DNA from: Paraglomus brasilianum
Lineage: Eukaryota
Reading direction: 5' to 3'
Length of the DNA stretch: 60,881 bases
Assembly: GCA_910592345.1 (NCBI GenBank)
Contig: CAJVPI010000073.1
Location: 1-60,881, forward strand
The notes below the pieces were generated by a model, which ran no database searches, had not been told where the DNA came from, and saw only the letters and a list, made by a program, of their open reading frames with translations. Below, piece after piece: positions 25,151 to 38,162 of the stretch. The number at the start of each line of letters is the position of its first letter. Within the stretch, counting starts at the first letter, position 1. A program made the position numbers and the translations under genes.

Positions 25151-27043
25151 TTTTACCATTTATCAAAGTTTTCTCCCTTTACATCCTTTGAGCTCCACAC
25201 AAGCGTTGACGGGTATCGCACAAGTTTGTGATTTGAATGTACGAGGTTGATCACGCGGACTATCTTTGAGGCGTGATGCACGCACGGGAACTTGTAATTC
25301 ATTTAAAGATAATTGATAAAGTCGCATGATTGGACATGTTGGTTATCCATATAGACTTGACACACAAATTAAACAAGAAGATTCTTACAAAGTTGGCTTT
25401 TGACTGCGGCATTCTTTTACATTATCGGACATTACGGACATTACGGTCAATGCCGAACATATTTTGACAAATATGTATTACAACTCTCTCTAAAATCTTA
25501 TTTTTGGGGCTTATTCGTTTCTAAAAATAAGAATTTTCTTATTTTACCGAATGCAGTCTACGTATATGCAGAGTTTGACATTAAATATCAACGCACGCTC
25601 TTTTTGACCATGGTATTTTTAATATACCTGACACCAAAAGCGAAAAATAGATACATTGTCTTGATTAACCTTAATTAAGTGTTCGTACTATAGAAGGTTA
25701 GTTATAAATAAATAAATAAATATACCTGTATTTATTTATTCGTTCATTTATTCATTTATCTATTCACTCACTATTATCACCATCTTCTTCTTCTTCTTCG
25801 ACTTCTTCGTCATCCCCTTCTACCGAATTTATTATCGTCCGCTTATCAGTACACATTCTATACAAATATCATCCATTAATTATGCTATTTATGTACATAA
25901 AGTATGCCAAATACATCAAGCCACTTAGGGAGGATGAACGTATCAGTACCACCACAATTGAGTCATTTTTGCTCTTCGTTTATTCTCGCGTCATTTGTCC
26001 TACATCTTACGGTTATCGTTTGTTCTTAATATTAACCGCTAGAAACTCGAGTTGAGGCTATTCATGCTTTTCTGATCATACAACAATGCAGAGTATGCCT
26101 GGCAATCTCTTCATACATTCACCTCAACAACTCGGCCAACTGTTTAAAGGAAACTTTATCTCGCTATCTCTTGAGTTTCACGTGAGACCCTGAGGGGCAA
26201 GCTTTGATTAATATTTCATTTCAATCATTCCAGGTATCAAGCAAGCTTCGCTGGCTTTGTGGCGTGTTCACTGAAACGGTCGGCCTCCATTCAATAGATT
26301 CTATATAATCCATTTTTGGACAAGCAACATAAATTCAAACCCAAATCAAACATTTTAAACCATGGCAGAGCCTCATCCTGCACACATGAAAATTCTCTGC
26401 AAAGGACAACATTCCTCAATGTGAACATTTGCCTCCCCATGCGCAACACACAAACAAGCTCTATGGCTCGGTTGTACCTTTAAATAAGCATTTATTCAAC
26501 ATCACAACGTGAAATATAAAAAAAAAAGAGAGAGAGAATTGCTAAAGTCTCGGAAGAGAGCTATTCTAATGACATCTAAAAAAAGTCCGTAGTGGCAATC
26601 ATCCAAATCTTCCTTGGCACGGTTTAGCCTGTATTTTATCCGCGCTCAGACACTCGTTGTGATGTTGCAATTCGATTGGGTAGGAAGCTTTAATAGCCAT
26701 GATCCCGAATACAGCCCCGAGTGGTCGCCATTAAAAACCCTTTTTTGGGCAAGAAGTGCTACTCCGATTGATTGCTGGATTTTCTGCCCAGACCTTCCAT
26801 TGGAAGGAGCTGACGATGTAGATGAATCACATGGTTACCCTGTATGAAAGTGTATGCTTTTCGGTTGGGACGTTTCGCCGCTGTGTACCAAGGCATGAAC
26901 ACCCATTATAGAATCTTAATATTTGGAGGTTTTGCAGAAAATACGGGTAGGGTAAAGATCTACTGTTCTCTCAGAATTTGTGCATCCCTCAATGATCGCA
27001 AATCCTTCGATCACTATTCGATCACTGTATTAATAAACAAAAC

Positions 27044-27364
27044 TCATGCGGCAGGCAAGTATCCCCTAATATGACCAGTATAATCATCAGCTTGACAGTA
27101 AATGACAGAAGTAACTTTATGACCATAGAACAACATTACAAATGTAAATACCTTTGACTTGTTCTTGTATGTGTCGATCGACCATGGAAAGTATGACTAT
27201 AAATATGAACAAATTGTACGTAAATAGCATATATATATTAATATCTTTGCTCTTATAAAACACTTACCAGCAAGTGCAGGAACTTCAGAACTGTTTACTG
27301 CAACAGCATAGCTTCCAATAACGATGCAAAGACCGAGAATAACTTCAGGAACGAATCTTTTCAT
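27044..27364 (-). CDS. Candidate small secreted protein (62 aa, 3 exons)
   Basis: Exons 27364-27268, 27196-27152, 27090-27044 (189 nt; GT-AG introns of 71 and 61 nt). MKRFVPEVILGLCIVIGSYAVAVNSSEVPALAVILSMVDRHIQEQVKADDYTGHIRGYLPAA*, with a signal-peptide-like N-terminus. Confidence 0.5.
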
Positions 27365-30300
27365 GTTTGTTATCATTCAGTTGTGAATAAAAGTTTGTGT
27401 GTGTGTCATCAAATTATAGGAAAGCTTATTATCCTTCAGTTTTTCAGCAATCCGATTGTATTAGTTTCTTGGATAACAATTTCAACGGCAATGATTTCGA
27501 GATTCCGGCGATGTCCTCCCACAGCAAGTTGGCTTGGAGAAACGCACTTGTTGCTTGATTGATAATTGTTTTAGCATCAGCAATAATTAGGCAAAGCGCT
27601 TCTTGGTTGTTCAACTTTGTTCCTTGAAAATATACAGTAATGTCAGGATATGGCCGCTTTCTAGATAGACGCAACTCAACGATCCCCCACCAAAAGTGCG
27701 TCATAACAGTGAATCCGATTAGTAGATCACTAGCGCCAACCTGCATCCTTGAGAAAAGCTCCTGCTTCTTGTGAGCCCGACAATATCAGTTCTATTGGTT
27801 TACATAAAATTATTAAAGAGATTGATTGATACCCTACTTCCTTACAGCAAGCGATGTTCACGTTTATAAGTGGGATGTGTGAATTTGTTACACTACTCAG
27901 GACAGGACGACTTTGTTGGGCTGCTGGTTATTGTTTTTGTTCTTTGGATTCTGTGCACTACAATTCTCCGTCAAGAGGTCGAAACAGCCGCGATGTGCCA
28001 ATTCCAAAACCAGCCGGCAGCCGCAGGCATGATTTGTGCGTGGTCTACAACATAGTCGCCCGGTCAGCACACCAGGAAAAAAAAAAGTCCTCCAAAGCTT
28101 TTCTTTTATCAAGTTGTGCACGGCGCACCCGACTTATTTCCGATAAACTCGAGGAATGCACTGCATTGGTTTGAGCACAGTAACAAGCTTATCCCAAAAA
28201 GTTAGAGCCTCGGGTAATACTAACCACAGGTAACAGTTGAAGGACATGGCGAAAGATCGATTGTTGGCAAAACGCGACACGGTAAGAATGTGTAAAAGAT
28301 TTCATTTGTGATGTTGCGGATTACCGTTTTAGTATGCTATTACCTTTTTTGTTAATAACAATTATTAAAGGTGAACGAGTAATAATTAATACTCATCAAA
28401 CAAAAGCACATCGTGTACCTTTATAATATGGCGCCGAGTTGGCGTTCTATCAGTATTGCCGACATTCTGATCTATTTCACTATTGAATTGTATGTGAGTT
28501 TTATTCATGGTACAGTGTCTGTTGGCAGAAAGATTAAGATTCACAAGCCTCTTTGCTGTTAAAATAGTACATGCCGTCTACGTAATCGTACATCCTACAA
28601 ATATCATTTACGGTTTGTTTCGTAAACTAAATTTTTATTAGAACTTCAATCAAAATGGTTTAAACTGAAATGGGTTGCCGGCAAGCTTTTATGCATAACA
28701 ATAATGCCGATAGTATTTTATAAGTGAACCGGTGCGCATTATATTGCAGAGCTTATCTTTCTAAATGCTCGGTAATAATGTATTTGAAACACCACTCGCT
28801 TTAGGAGGGACATGCTGTCTGTCTTACTTTTCCTATATTATCCACCGCTATAATATAGCGTTAATAGATTAAACACAATCTTGGCTCTCTCCTCATGGGG
28901 GTAAGGGTAACCGCTATGGAAAAGAGTCTCGGGGAGTGAAATAGACCATTCCAAAGACGGTAGTGAGCAACAGAAATAATTGTATACAAGTCCTAACTAA
29001 TTATTAATAAGAGCTAAATCTTAAACCTTATTTCAAGAAGCCATAAATGATTTGACGATTCGTAGTGTTATTTATCTATATGCAATGTCTCTTACTATGC
29101 ATTTGACTCATAGATCGTCATGTAGAAGCAATGTAATTCGTCAGGCTACCAAACAAAAATGCAGACAGATCTAACCCACAAAGAGAGGAAACGTAGCCAG
29201 CAACAGTCGGGAAACTCTTGGTTACGGAAATAGTAAGAAAGAACAATACGTAAATGACTATATGCTATAGGTGTAAAAAATTTTATTGGCAATTAAATAT
29301 TTGATCGTCGTGTTAACCACCAGTCTCTATTATCTATATCTACTTACTCTACACGCTTATCTATTGCGTTTTGACTGCCAAGATGTCGAGCATACAGTAT
29401 ATGAGAATTTTATATGTCTAAAGCTCTGTCGAACACAAACCCCCCGGATATTCTATTAACGGACCGTGCTCGGGAATTTATAATTTCAAGTTAATTAATT
29501 TCTTTCTTACAAGATTATTTGTTCGTTCCTTTTAAGTGGTTATAAATAGGTCGCATCAAAATAAACTACTTTCTAAAAATATAAAGTTCTAATTGTTTTT
29601 CAGTTAGATTTCTTATTCAACACGTTTCTTTTAACATTACGATTGGGACTATTTTATTCATAAGCTCATTTTTATTGTAACTGCATATTTGTTTACTCGG
29701 TGAATGTCCGAGTCTTTTGAATAACTAAAGTTTTAGTAATTAATCTAGAGACTTTAAGTAATGCACTCCTGGTATTATACTAACCAGTCAATTACTTTTC
29801 TTCCATTGCACAAAATGTCAGCGTACGCGGACTGTAATTTGGCGTGCCTTTTAGAATTAGCGTCGGTACACGTTGACAAGTTTGCGCATAATAGATTATT
29901 ATTTGTGCGCGCTACTATTTTTCTTGAACTTTTCTTTATTAAAAAAATTATTATCCGGCGTACCTCTGATAACAGGAGGGTTGGTATGCTATTTATAACT
30001 AATAAACGTATATACGCAATTTGCATTTCCTACATATTTATAGGGTAGCTTTTAGTCAGCTCATGTTTGGACATTATTGTTATTTAATTATAAAAAATAA
30101 CAAATTGACAAGGATGTCCCCTCCCAGTTTCCCCTCCCAGTTAAACCCACTATTCCAGATTTGTTCGAGACGGCTAAGAAGTTTCACCCGTGAAATCCTA
30201 ATTGGAATCTTGACCTTTATTTTGCAAATTTCAACATACATATTATAGGTGCCCTTGTAGGCTTCTCTCGTAAGTAGCAGTACAAAAGTAGCATTTTTTT

Positions 30301-30559
30301 TATGTTATTGTTTTCTATATCAATTTAATATTTTGAATTTGCTATTTTCTGCCTATCAATGCTTTATATAAGAAGAACATGACATAATAATAAAGGCTAT
30401 AGATGAATTCATCTTTATTAAGAAGTTAAGTTAAAGACACTAATTTCTTAATATGCCACAAAAAAAAATGAGATTTGTGTATTGAATAACTTTTGCAACA
30501 AAAATATTTTAAACTTGAAAATGTATAAATATTGATAATAATGATGATGATATAAATTC

Positions 30560-30950
30560 CCATGCACAAGAAGTCAGTCTCAATTTGTCTTGCTCTTTAA
30601 ACATTAAAATTTAATTATTCAATACATTTTACAGAGTATAAACCCCAGAATTTCATAAATGCTGCCAATACCTAATGCAACTAAATTCTTACACTTTTCT
30701 AAGTATTGTTGAGGATTAGGGAAAGAACTACTGTCGAAAAGGAGTTGAGTTTTTTGTGAATAACTGATTGACATCTTTTTGAGTATACTAAAAGTATAAA
30801 GTATTTCGTCACCCTTTCACTATTTCCCAATAAAAAATAATAAAATCAAACCACTCTTTCTTATAAACCATTATTCTGATGTAAAAATTTCAGAATGTCT
30901 TGTAGATACAAAGATATAGGTTCGTATAATAACATTTTACAAAGCTAAAT
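30560..30950 (-). mobile_element. Possible heavily decayed MULE/FAR1-type transposase relic
   Basis: Frameshifted fragments (LYLCIY...EWFDFII, FPNPQQYLEK, AFMKF..G) loosely resemble the segment after the MULE domain. Weak match. Confidence 0.3.
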
Positions 30951-30959
30951 TTTAAATTT

Positions 30960-32740
30960 GCCAAACAAAAGTAAAAGGTATTGATCTTGGATGTCAATCG
31001 GTATTTCTTCTTATGTAAAATAAACATTAACCCATGACAAACTCTCTTTGACAGAAAGAATTAACACAAAACCCGGTATTTCTTCTTATGTAAATAAACA
31101 AACATCAACCCAAAACAAACAAAACCTACGTACAAGAGCCAAGAGAAACTCTCTTTTGACAAACAAAGATTTGTATGGTACAAAAATAAACATTAAATGC
31201 GCCAAGACGAAAGCAATTGATCTTGGTCGTCAACCAAAATAAACACATCGATCCAAGTAATCAAGTACTGTACCTGTGTATCGAGCCAAGATTAAAAGAG
31301 TTTTTTGCCATCTTGGAATATACGGTTCAAATCAGTTAATCACTGATATCGTACAAAAAGCGACGAACGAGAACGCGTGGTCGCTACTAATTTCCAAGAG
31401 GTTATGCTTTATAAACTTTGCTATGAGTTTCCCATAGCGCATTAATTTTACCATCAAAATGTAAAGCCAAAACAATATTTTCCGCGGTGGTTTTACATTC
31501 TTTTTTTTTTTTTTTTTGCAGGAGAAACGTGATGGAAGAGTAACAGAGAGAGATCTTCAACAAGTGGCCAATAATGCGATGGAGTTTGTATAATGTAAAT
31601 AAATATAGAAATATGCCAAGATAAGTAATTGATCTTGGTATCCTCTTTTTATGTAATGTAAACAAAACAATTATTACCTGTGTACAAAGCCAAGACTAAC
31701 TATAACCCGTCTAGGGGATGTTTTCTAACTCAATCCCAGGCATCGGTGGAGGATATTCTTTAGCTTGGCCCACGGAATTGTTTCTTCTCCTTTATTTGTC
31801 CATGTCAGAGTCTCATCATTCGCTGCTACAGGACGCTAGCAATCATGATGCGCAAAACAAGGCCTGTATAATAGAAGTAAATGCAAGACAAAAATTAATT
31901 GATTTAACAGTCAATCGGGTATTTCTTCTTATGCAGACGACCGACCGTAACAATATACAAAGGATAAACTCCGAAGTGATTGACAAACACAAGGCAGAAA
32001 TGAATAAATACGCCAGGACAAAAAGCAATCGATCATGGTTGTCAATCGGAATTTTTTCATATGTAAAATAAACAAATACCTGCATACAAAGCCCGGATAA
32101 ACTCTCTTTCGGCGAAAAAAATCAACACAAAGACTCGTGTAAATATTTAACATGCCAAGTCTGGTCTTAATCTTGGCCGTCAATCAGAATTTCTTTATGT
32201 AAAATAGAAATACATCGACCCAAAATAATCAAATCCCTGTGTACAAAGACATGGCAAATTCTTTTTGAAGGAAAGCATTAACACAAGGTTTGTATAATAC
32301 AATAAGTATTAAATGTGCCAAGACGAAAAATAACTGATCTTGGCTGTCAATCGGTATTTCTTCTTATGTAAAATAAACAAACACATAAACCCTAATAATC
32401 AAATATTCCTGTGTACCAAGCCAAGAATTAACTTTCTTTTTGCGGAACGAAGGATTCGTCTAAATACAGAAACAAATAAGTGCCAAGACGGAAAATAATT
32501 GATCTTGGCTGTCAATCGAAATTTCTTCTTATGTAAACAATTAACTCACCACAAACTAATAACAATGCACAAAAGCCCAGATAAACTCTCTTTTGGCAGA
32601 AATAATTGACAGCTTATAATACAAAAAATAAATTTTAAACTACGCCAAGACAAAAAGTAATTTCAAGCGGATATCTCTTACAAGCCAACCAAGTCACCCA
32701 CAAACAAACAAATATGTCCAAAGATAACCTCGTTTTTTGA
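30960..32740. repeat. Degenerate array of a ~130-170-bp unit with an internal hairpin
   Basis: Core gccaagac-aaaa-attgatcttggctgtcaatcggtatttcttcttatgtaaaataaac recurs at ~30960, 31200, 31615, 31880, 32010, 32150, 32315 and 32480, with partial copies at ~31075 and ~32645. gccaaga and tcttggc are reverse complements. Confidence 0.85.
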
Positions 32741-35700
32741 CATAAAGGTTAGACATATGCGGGGAATATGCAAAAAGAGGTTATAATACGATCGAGGACT
32801 TGCATGTACAAGCTTGGCGACAGTTTCTTAGAATCACCAAAACATATACAAAAATGCGCTCTCCCTCTAAAGCATCTTGTTTGTAAAATGTACAAAAGCA
32901 AGTATTAGTATATTATACAACACCTTTGTAGACGACATCCCTTATAACGATATCATTTTGTCAAAAAAGATTATTATAATGTCGAACCCCGACCTCGATA
33001 TTATTGACAACATGGTTATTATACGCAACGATACGCCGCTCAGAAAATTTGTCTGTTTGCATTTTAATATTAAAGAGTAAAATTAATATTCTTTAAAATT
33101 CACGATGTGTATAATAATAAGACAAACCCATCGAATATTAAAAATAAATAAATAAAAGGCGGTTTGTAAAACGATATCAATATTAAATTCCGATTTAGTC
33201 TCTATTGATACTCACTTTAACAAAGACACTAGTTTCGCGGTTGTTGGCTGTTGGTTGGTTGGTTGTTGTTGTTTTTTTTTTGTTTTGTTTTTTGCCTTGT
33301 TAATTTAAAAGCCTGCATATTTTACGTGAGGTAAAATATAATTTTTCTCCAAAATGCTTCGCTTACGCTGGTATATGTAAATGAATAAACGCAAAAAGCT
33401 TACATGATAGTTACGTGTGTTATCTTTCTTCACCACAGTTTGCTTCACCACAGTTTTCGGGACAAACACTAAGTTTTCCCCCCTCAAAGCTTAATGGTAT
33501 TGTCGACATGTGGCTAAATCTGTCCTCCTAAACTTTAAAATTATTATTTAATATATTTAAATTAGTGTAACACACAAACATTGTTTGAGTCACCAATCTC
33601 GTAAAATCGCATAGGTGCATGCCAGACATCCATGATACATGCCGTCGAACAGTGGCGAATGGAAAATGCCTTTGAGAAAGACCTATCGATTGCTTGTTTA
33701 AATATATCTTGACATATTCACCACACCTTTTCTTCAATCTGCTAACTGTTTAGGAATGCTGATTCATATGTTTACAAGATTATCAACAAAGACGTTGCAC
33801 TGTTACAATATAATCATTATAGTAAATTATTTTACCACGCCGACAGCATCACTGTACTTTTCTGCTCGTCTTAGATAAAAAACTATGCATGTTATTTACA
33901 ATAGGCGTGTTTTTGACGAGACTTGTTATTGAACTCCCGTTACCCGATAAACCGAGTAAAAAAACTTTAATATTGATAAATAGTGTATAATTATTAAGGA
34001 TGGCTTTTCCGTAGGGTTCCGATTCTACAGTAGAAAAAACTTGAAAATAAGGTTAATTAAAAAAAAAGGATTACATTTGACTTAATTGGCATAGTCAAAA
34101 AGCGTAGACTTGTAGTACTAGAGAATCCTAGGACTTATCTCCGGTAATGAATTGGACAATTTTATATGCATTTTATACATCGTTTGTACTTTTGAAAAAA
34201 AAAAAATTACATATCCGTTCTGTAAAGAGCTCCGGAACGTTTTTACCCACAAAACTTTAAAGAACAAGGAAATTATTATTCTCGGAGTTAACTCCTTTCC
34301 CATTTCTACCAATCTGACAAACCTTCTTTCCAAGAATGAATGAGCAAATTTGCATTATTGATAAGTGACATGTCTAGATAAAAAATTTAGGTTAACGTAT
34401 ACGTTATGATAAGGGACAAATCAGTTTGTTATCTTGTAAACAATTACTTATCTGCTATATTGATTTATAAAATAATTTACTTTCAAAGTGTTTTCAGCAA
34501 TTGGTTTTGCTTAGCGGCAATTGGTTTCTTCCGGTAGAATACAATCGCAATGATCCTTGTCATGACAAAATGCTATTGGATCACTTCTTTTTCAACCTAG
34601 CACTCATATGGAAAAGAATAAGGAGACCAACATAATATATACAACTGAAATAGTTTTCTTAATTTATAATAACGGTTGACCGGAACAGTACAAGGGCTCA
34701 ATTATAGTCTCTGATTATCACATCGTGCACCACATGTCGTCCGTCGGGTTTAAAACCTGTATGAACTTCCCTATCAGATATAAACATGCTCCCATTGGTG
34801 ATTAGAAAACCCCAACAAACATTAATTCGACACGGGCGATTGTTGGGAGAAAAAAAAATTGGATAAAATGAAATGAGAGAAAGCAATCGTAAGCTTGTCC
34901 GGTAGGGCATTTCGTCCGAACCACATGGGTGACCTCAAACGGTATGATATGAGAAATATAATAATGAACGAACATTAATATAAACCAATAAGTAGGCTTA
35001 CTAATATGTTTACCTGTTAGACAAAGAAGTGTTCGGATTGCGTCACCAACAGACGTTGTGCGAGTCAGCACGCCGATGTGCGAGTGAACACGCCGATGTG
35101 CGAATTCTTATATTCGCACATGCCTTCTGACGGAATTTTAGTTCCTTAGGACAAAATGAAGAATGAAGAAAAAATAACTGCTGCATTCTGTGAAATGTCA
35201 CCCTGTGTGGAACAGATTATCCGTATAACGTGTGCTCACGGCAAATTAAAAATATTGGTTGCATAATCGAGTGATCGGAGTCCTTCCCCTCATTTAATGG
35301 GGGTTAAGTTAAAGTTTCCGCTATGCAAACAAATAGAAACTGTTATGAGACGGAACATTGCTGAGTTTCAAGCTTTCTGCCAAGAAGTATATGCATGCCG
35401 TAATGTGACGTCAGTAATTCGAGGGAAAAGACACACAACCATTAGTCAGAAGGAAAAGCTTTGGTTAAACTTTATATTTCTAACGGTTTTTCTAGAACCA
35501 TTTAATGGTAAAAATTTCAAATAGTATGTTCATAGAACTGAAATTGTTGCGTTAGTCATTGGTTCGCTTTTACATCCAGACCCTCTAAAAATAGCAACCG
35601 AATATCCTGTCCCTATACGTCGGGTAAGATATTGCAAAGATGGTAGGGTGATAACAAAGGTTGGTACAAAAATTTATTGAAACAGCGGGTTGTAATAATT

Positions 35701-36581
35701 GGAAGGACCCAGCACATGTTGAGCAGAAAATGGGTTTGTTTGTAGCACGGATGACTCAAAATTAAAGACCTAGAAATAAGGTTACAAACGCCCTGTTTGA
35801 CCGATCATCGAATACTACATATGTATTCGTGTTCTCTAATTATATATTTACTATTTATGTTGTGCTGTATGTCGGTTCAGCAACGTGGTCGTCAACCCTG
35901 TGCGCCTTTGGATTACAAATCGGAAATTAGGAGGCTGCCGTGATTTGCGTGTGTTCAGGATTGTCAGTTGGGCTAGAGAGATGGATTCAGAATTATGCTG
36001 GGGAAAATAATATTTGTAATAAGCCGACGTAAATTGACGCCATGTGGAGTTTGGAATGCGGAATGCGGAATGCGGCATCGGTAGGAAAGAATGCTCACAA
36101 AGAATTGCCCCCCGACAGTGGCGACATTATTCAGTGCAGCGATAATAATAATGCATCGTTAGAAAATGTGATTGTGATACAAAAAGCTTTATGGCAACAC
36201 AATTACTTAATAGAGCGATCGGTGCACCCTTTCGAACAATAGTGACATGATTATACTTTATATAAACATTAATAATTCAACAGGGTCCCGTAGTAACATA
36301 GCAATTGCGTCTCAATGTATGCGATCATTCTGTTTTAACGATGGTTCAACAGAAAATTTCAAAGTAGAGCCCTGTCTCTGGGTAACTTTGTCGGATATTA
36401 AGAATCAAAATTCGATTAGGCATTCTACGACGCAGTTTTAATAGCCGAATGTATTATTCCTTTGGTATAACATATATTGTGCATTGGAATTTCCTCGTTC
36501 TGCTGCTTTTTGTCATCATTTGAAATAATAACTTTGTTATGCTTGAATATTTTAAGAAACACGACTACCCGAAAACTGACC

Positions 36582-36800
36582 ATGAATTCTGAAATGGGAC
36601 TTTACGTCGTAAAAAGAATTGTTGCTGATAAAAAGTAATCTACGAGATGCTCTCATAATATCAATGGTATTCTCAACGTTTTAGAATAGTGTTTCGAAGA
36701 ATTCTATTGTTGACAAAGTTTTGCATCACAGATGGGGATGACAAGTTATACAAAGACTATCATGTATACAGAACCTATGAGGCTGCAAATTACCTTAGAT
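36582..36800 (+). pseudogene. Degenerate chromodomain-like coding relic
   Basis: LYVVKRIVADKK, then frameshifted EEFY-VDKVLHHR...DKLY...TYEAANYL, resembling the chromo consensus Y-x-V-E-x-I-L-x-H-R...T-W-E-P-x-x-N-L. Confidence 0.4.
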
Positions 36801-37412
36801 CGGCCCTGTCGGTTGACTTATTTGTGGGGAACCGTTCATCTTTTGCCGGCAATATTTACGATTACACGAATTAATAATTAAGCTATTGAGCAAACGCAAG
36901 AGTGTGTTATTATCCAACCAAAATTGTGTTTGTTCATTGCAGCTAGACTTGCACAATTGTATTGTTGAGTCTTATCTTTTAAAGCACATTCCCTTGTCAA
37001 TAAGATTTTAAAAAACGGATTCATGTTTTATTATTTGGAACACGCAAGTTGCGTGGGGTTTGCATTCGAGAATGATCAATCGCATGATAACCAATAACAC
37101 AAACACAGTATTAGGACACGTGTTGGTGTTTTGTGATTGTATTGCTGTCACTTGCGCTATGGCAAGCAATGTAACAGTACTACTCCCAATTGTTTTGGCG
37201 GGAAATATGGCTGAATAAAAAAACAAAAGTAATTTGAGAAAGGGGGAGGAAGAGAGGGGGTGGGTGAGTGGTAAAATAATAGTGATGGGAAACGATGATA
37301 GCGGTAACAGCAAAACATGGATATCGGTAATGATGTTGGCTGCTATGAAAAATTACAGAGGGTAGCAATTTAACGGTTTAGTGGTCATATAATGTTAATA
37401 TACACTGTATTA

Positions 37413-37460
37413 CTAGGTAACACATTAAATCGTATTCTAGGTAACACATTAAATCGTATT
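37413..37460. repeat. Direct repeat (taggtaacacattaaatcgtatt x2)
   Basis: Directly visible. Confidence 0.85.
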
Positions 37461-37994
37461 ACTACGTCAATAGCGTATAGGAATTAGAAATTTTCACTAT
37501 ACAGAACAATATATAACGATGAATTAACAATTCAATTAAGAATTACGAAAAGGCCATAACAAGTTATGTTAGTATACACAGATGTCTAACCAATATAGGA
37601 ACATCACATTGATGCTAGTCAGGCCTGGTCTAATCAAATAATTAATGATATTTAATAACATTAAGCATTGTTTAAATATGCTACTTGTGCCTGTTCAACG
37701 TATGGAAGAACCTTAAAATACCAAATGGGATTTCCTTCAACAAAGAACATGTTACAATTTGTACATACTAAAAAACATTGGCCTATCACATGGTCAGTCA
37801 TCGTAAGAAGATAATCAGTTATAATTTTACAGCAGCGTTTTAAAAAAACACTTTAAACAGTACTGTATGAATATACATGTATACATTCGGATATATCTGT
37901 ATACATTTGCATGTATAAAAAAGTCGGCCTGGCTTTATTTTCGCATTCATATTGGGGGGGCACATGACCGTAAAAAGAATTGTGATAATTCAAT

Positions 37995-38162
37995 CTATCT
38001 ATCGCCGTAACTTAGTCGCATCATTGATGGTGACGTAAATTTCATGATATCAGCGACGAAGCCAGCGAAAGGAGACAAGGAGTGAAGCAGTTCTTTAAAT
38101 GCTTGGCTGTTATGGGGAAGATAGTGCACAACAAACAGTTCATGTCAATATAAAAATCTAGT
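37995..38162 (+). pseudogene. HMG-box pseudogene fragment (more decayed copy)
   Basis: IYRRNLVASL...FHDISDEASE...QGVKQFFKCLAVMGKIVH, with deletions relative to the 55.4-kb copy. Confidence 0.7.

Noticed and set aside
31390..31500. KPPRKILFW/LHFDGK fragment resembling a Tc1 transposase
   Set aside because: It needs frameshifts and shows no catalytic motif.
30960..32740. CRISPR-like repeat-spacer array
   Set aside because: The context is eukaryotic, the repeats are degenerate, the spacers are related to each other and irregular in length, and there are no cas genes.
35297..35430. EFQAFCQEVYACRN resembling a MULE transposase segment
   Set aside because: The match is too short to support without a search.
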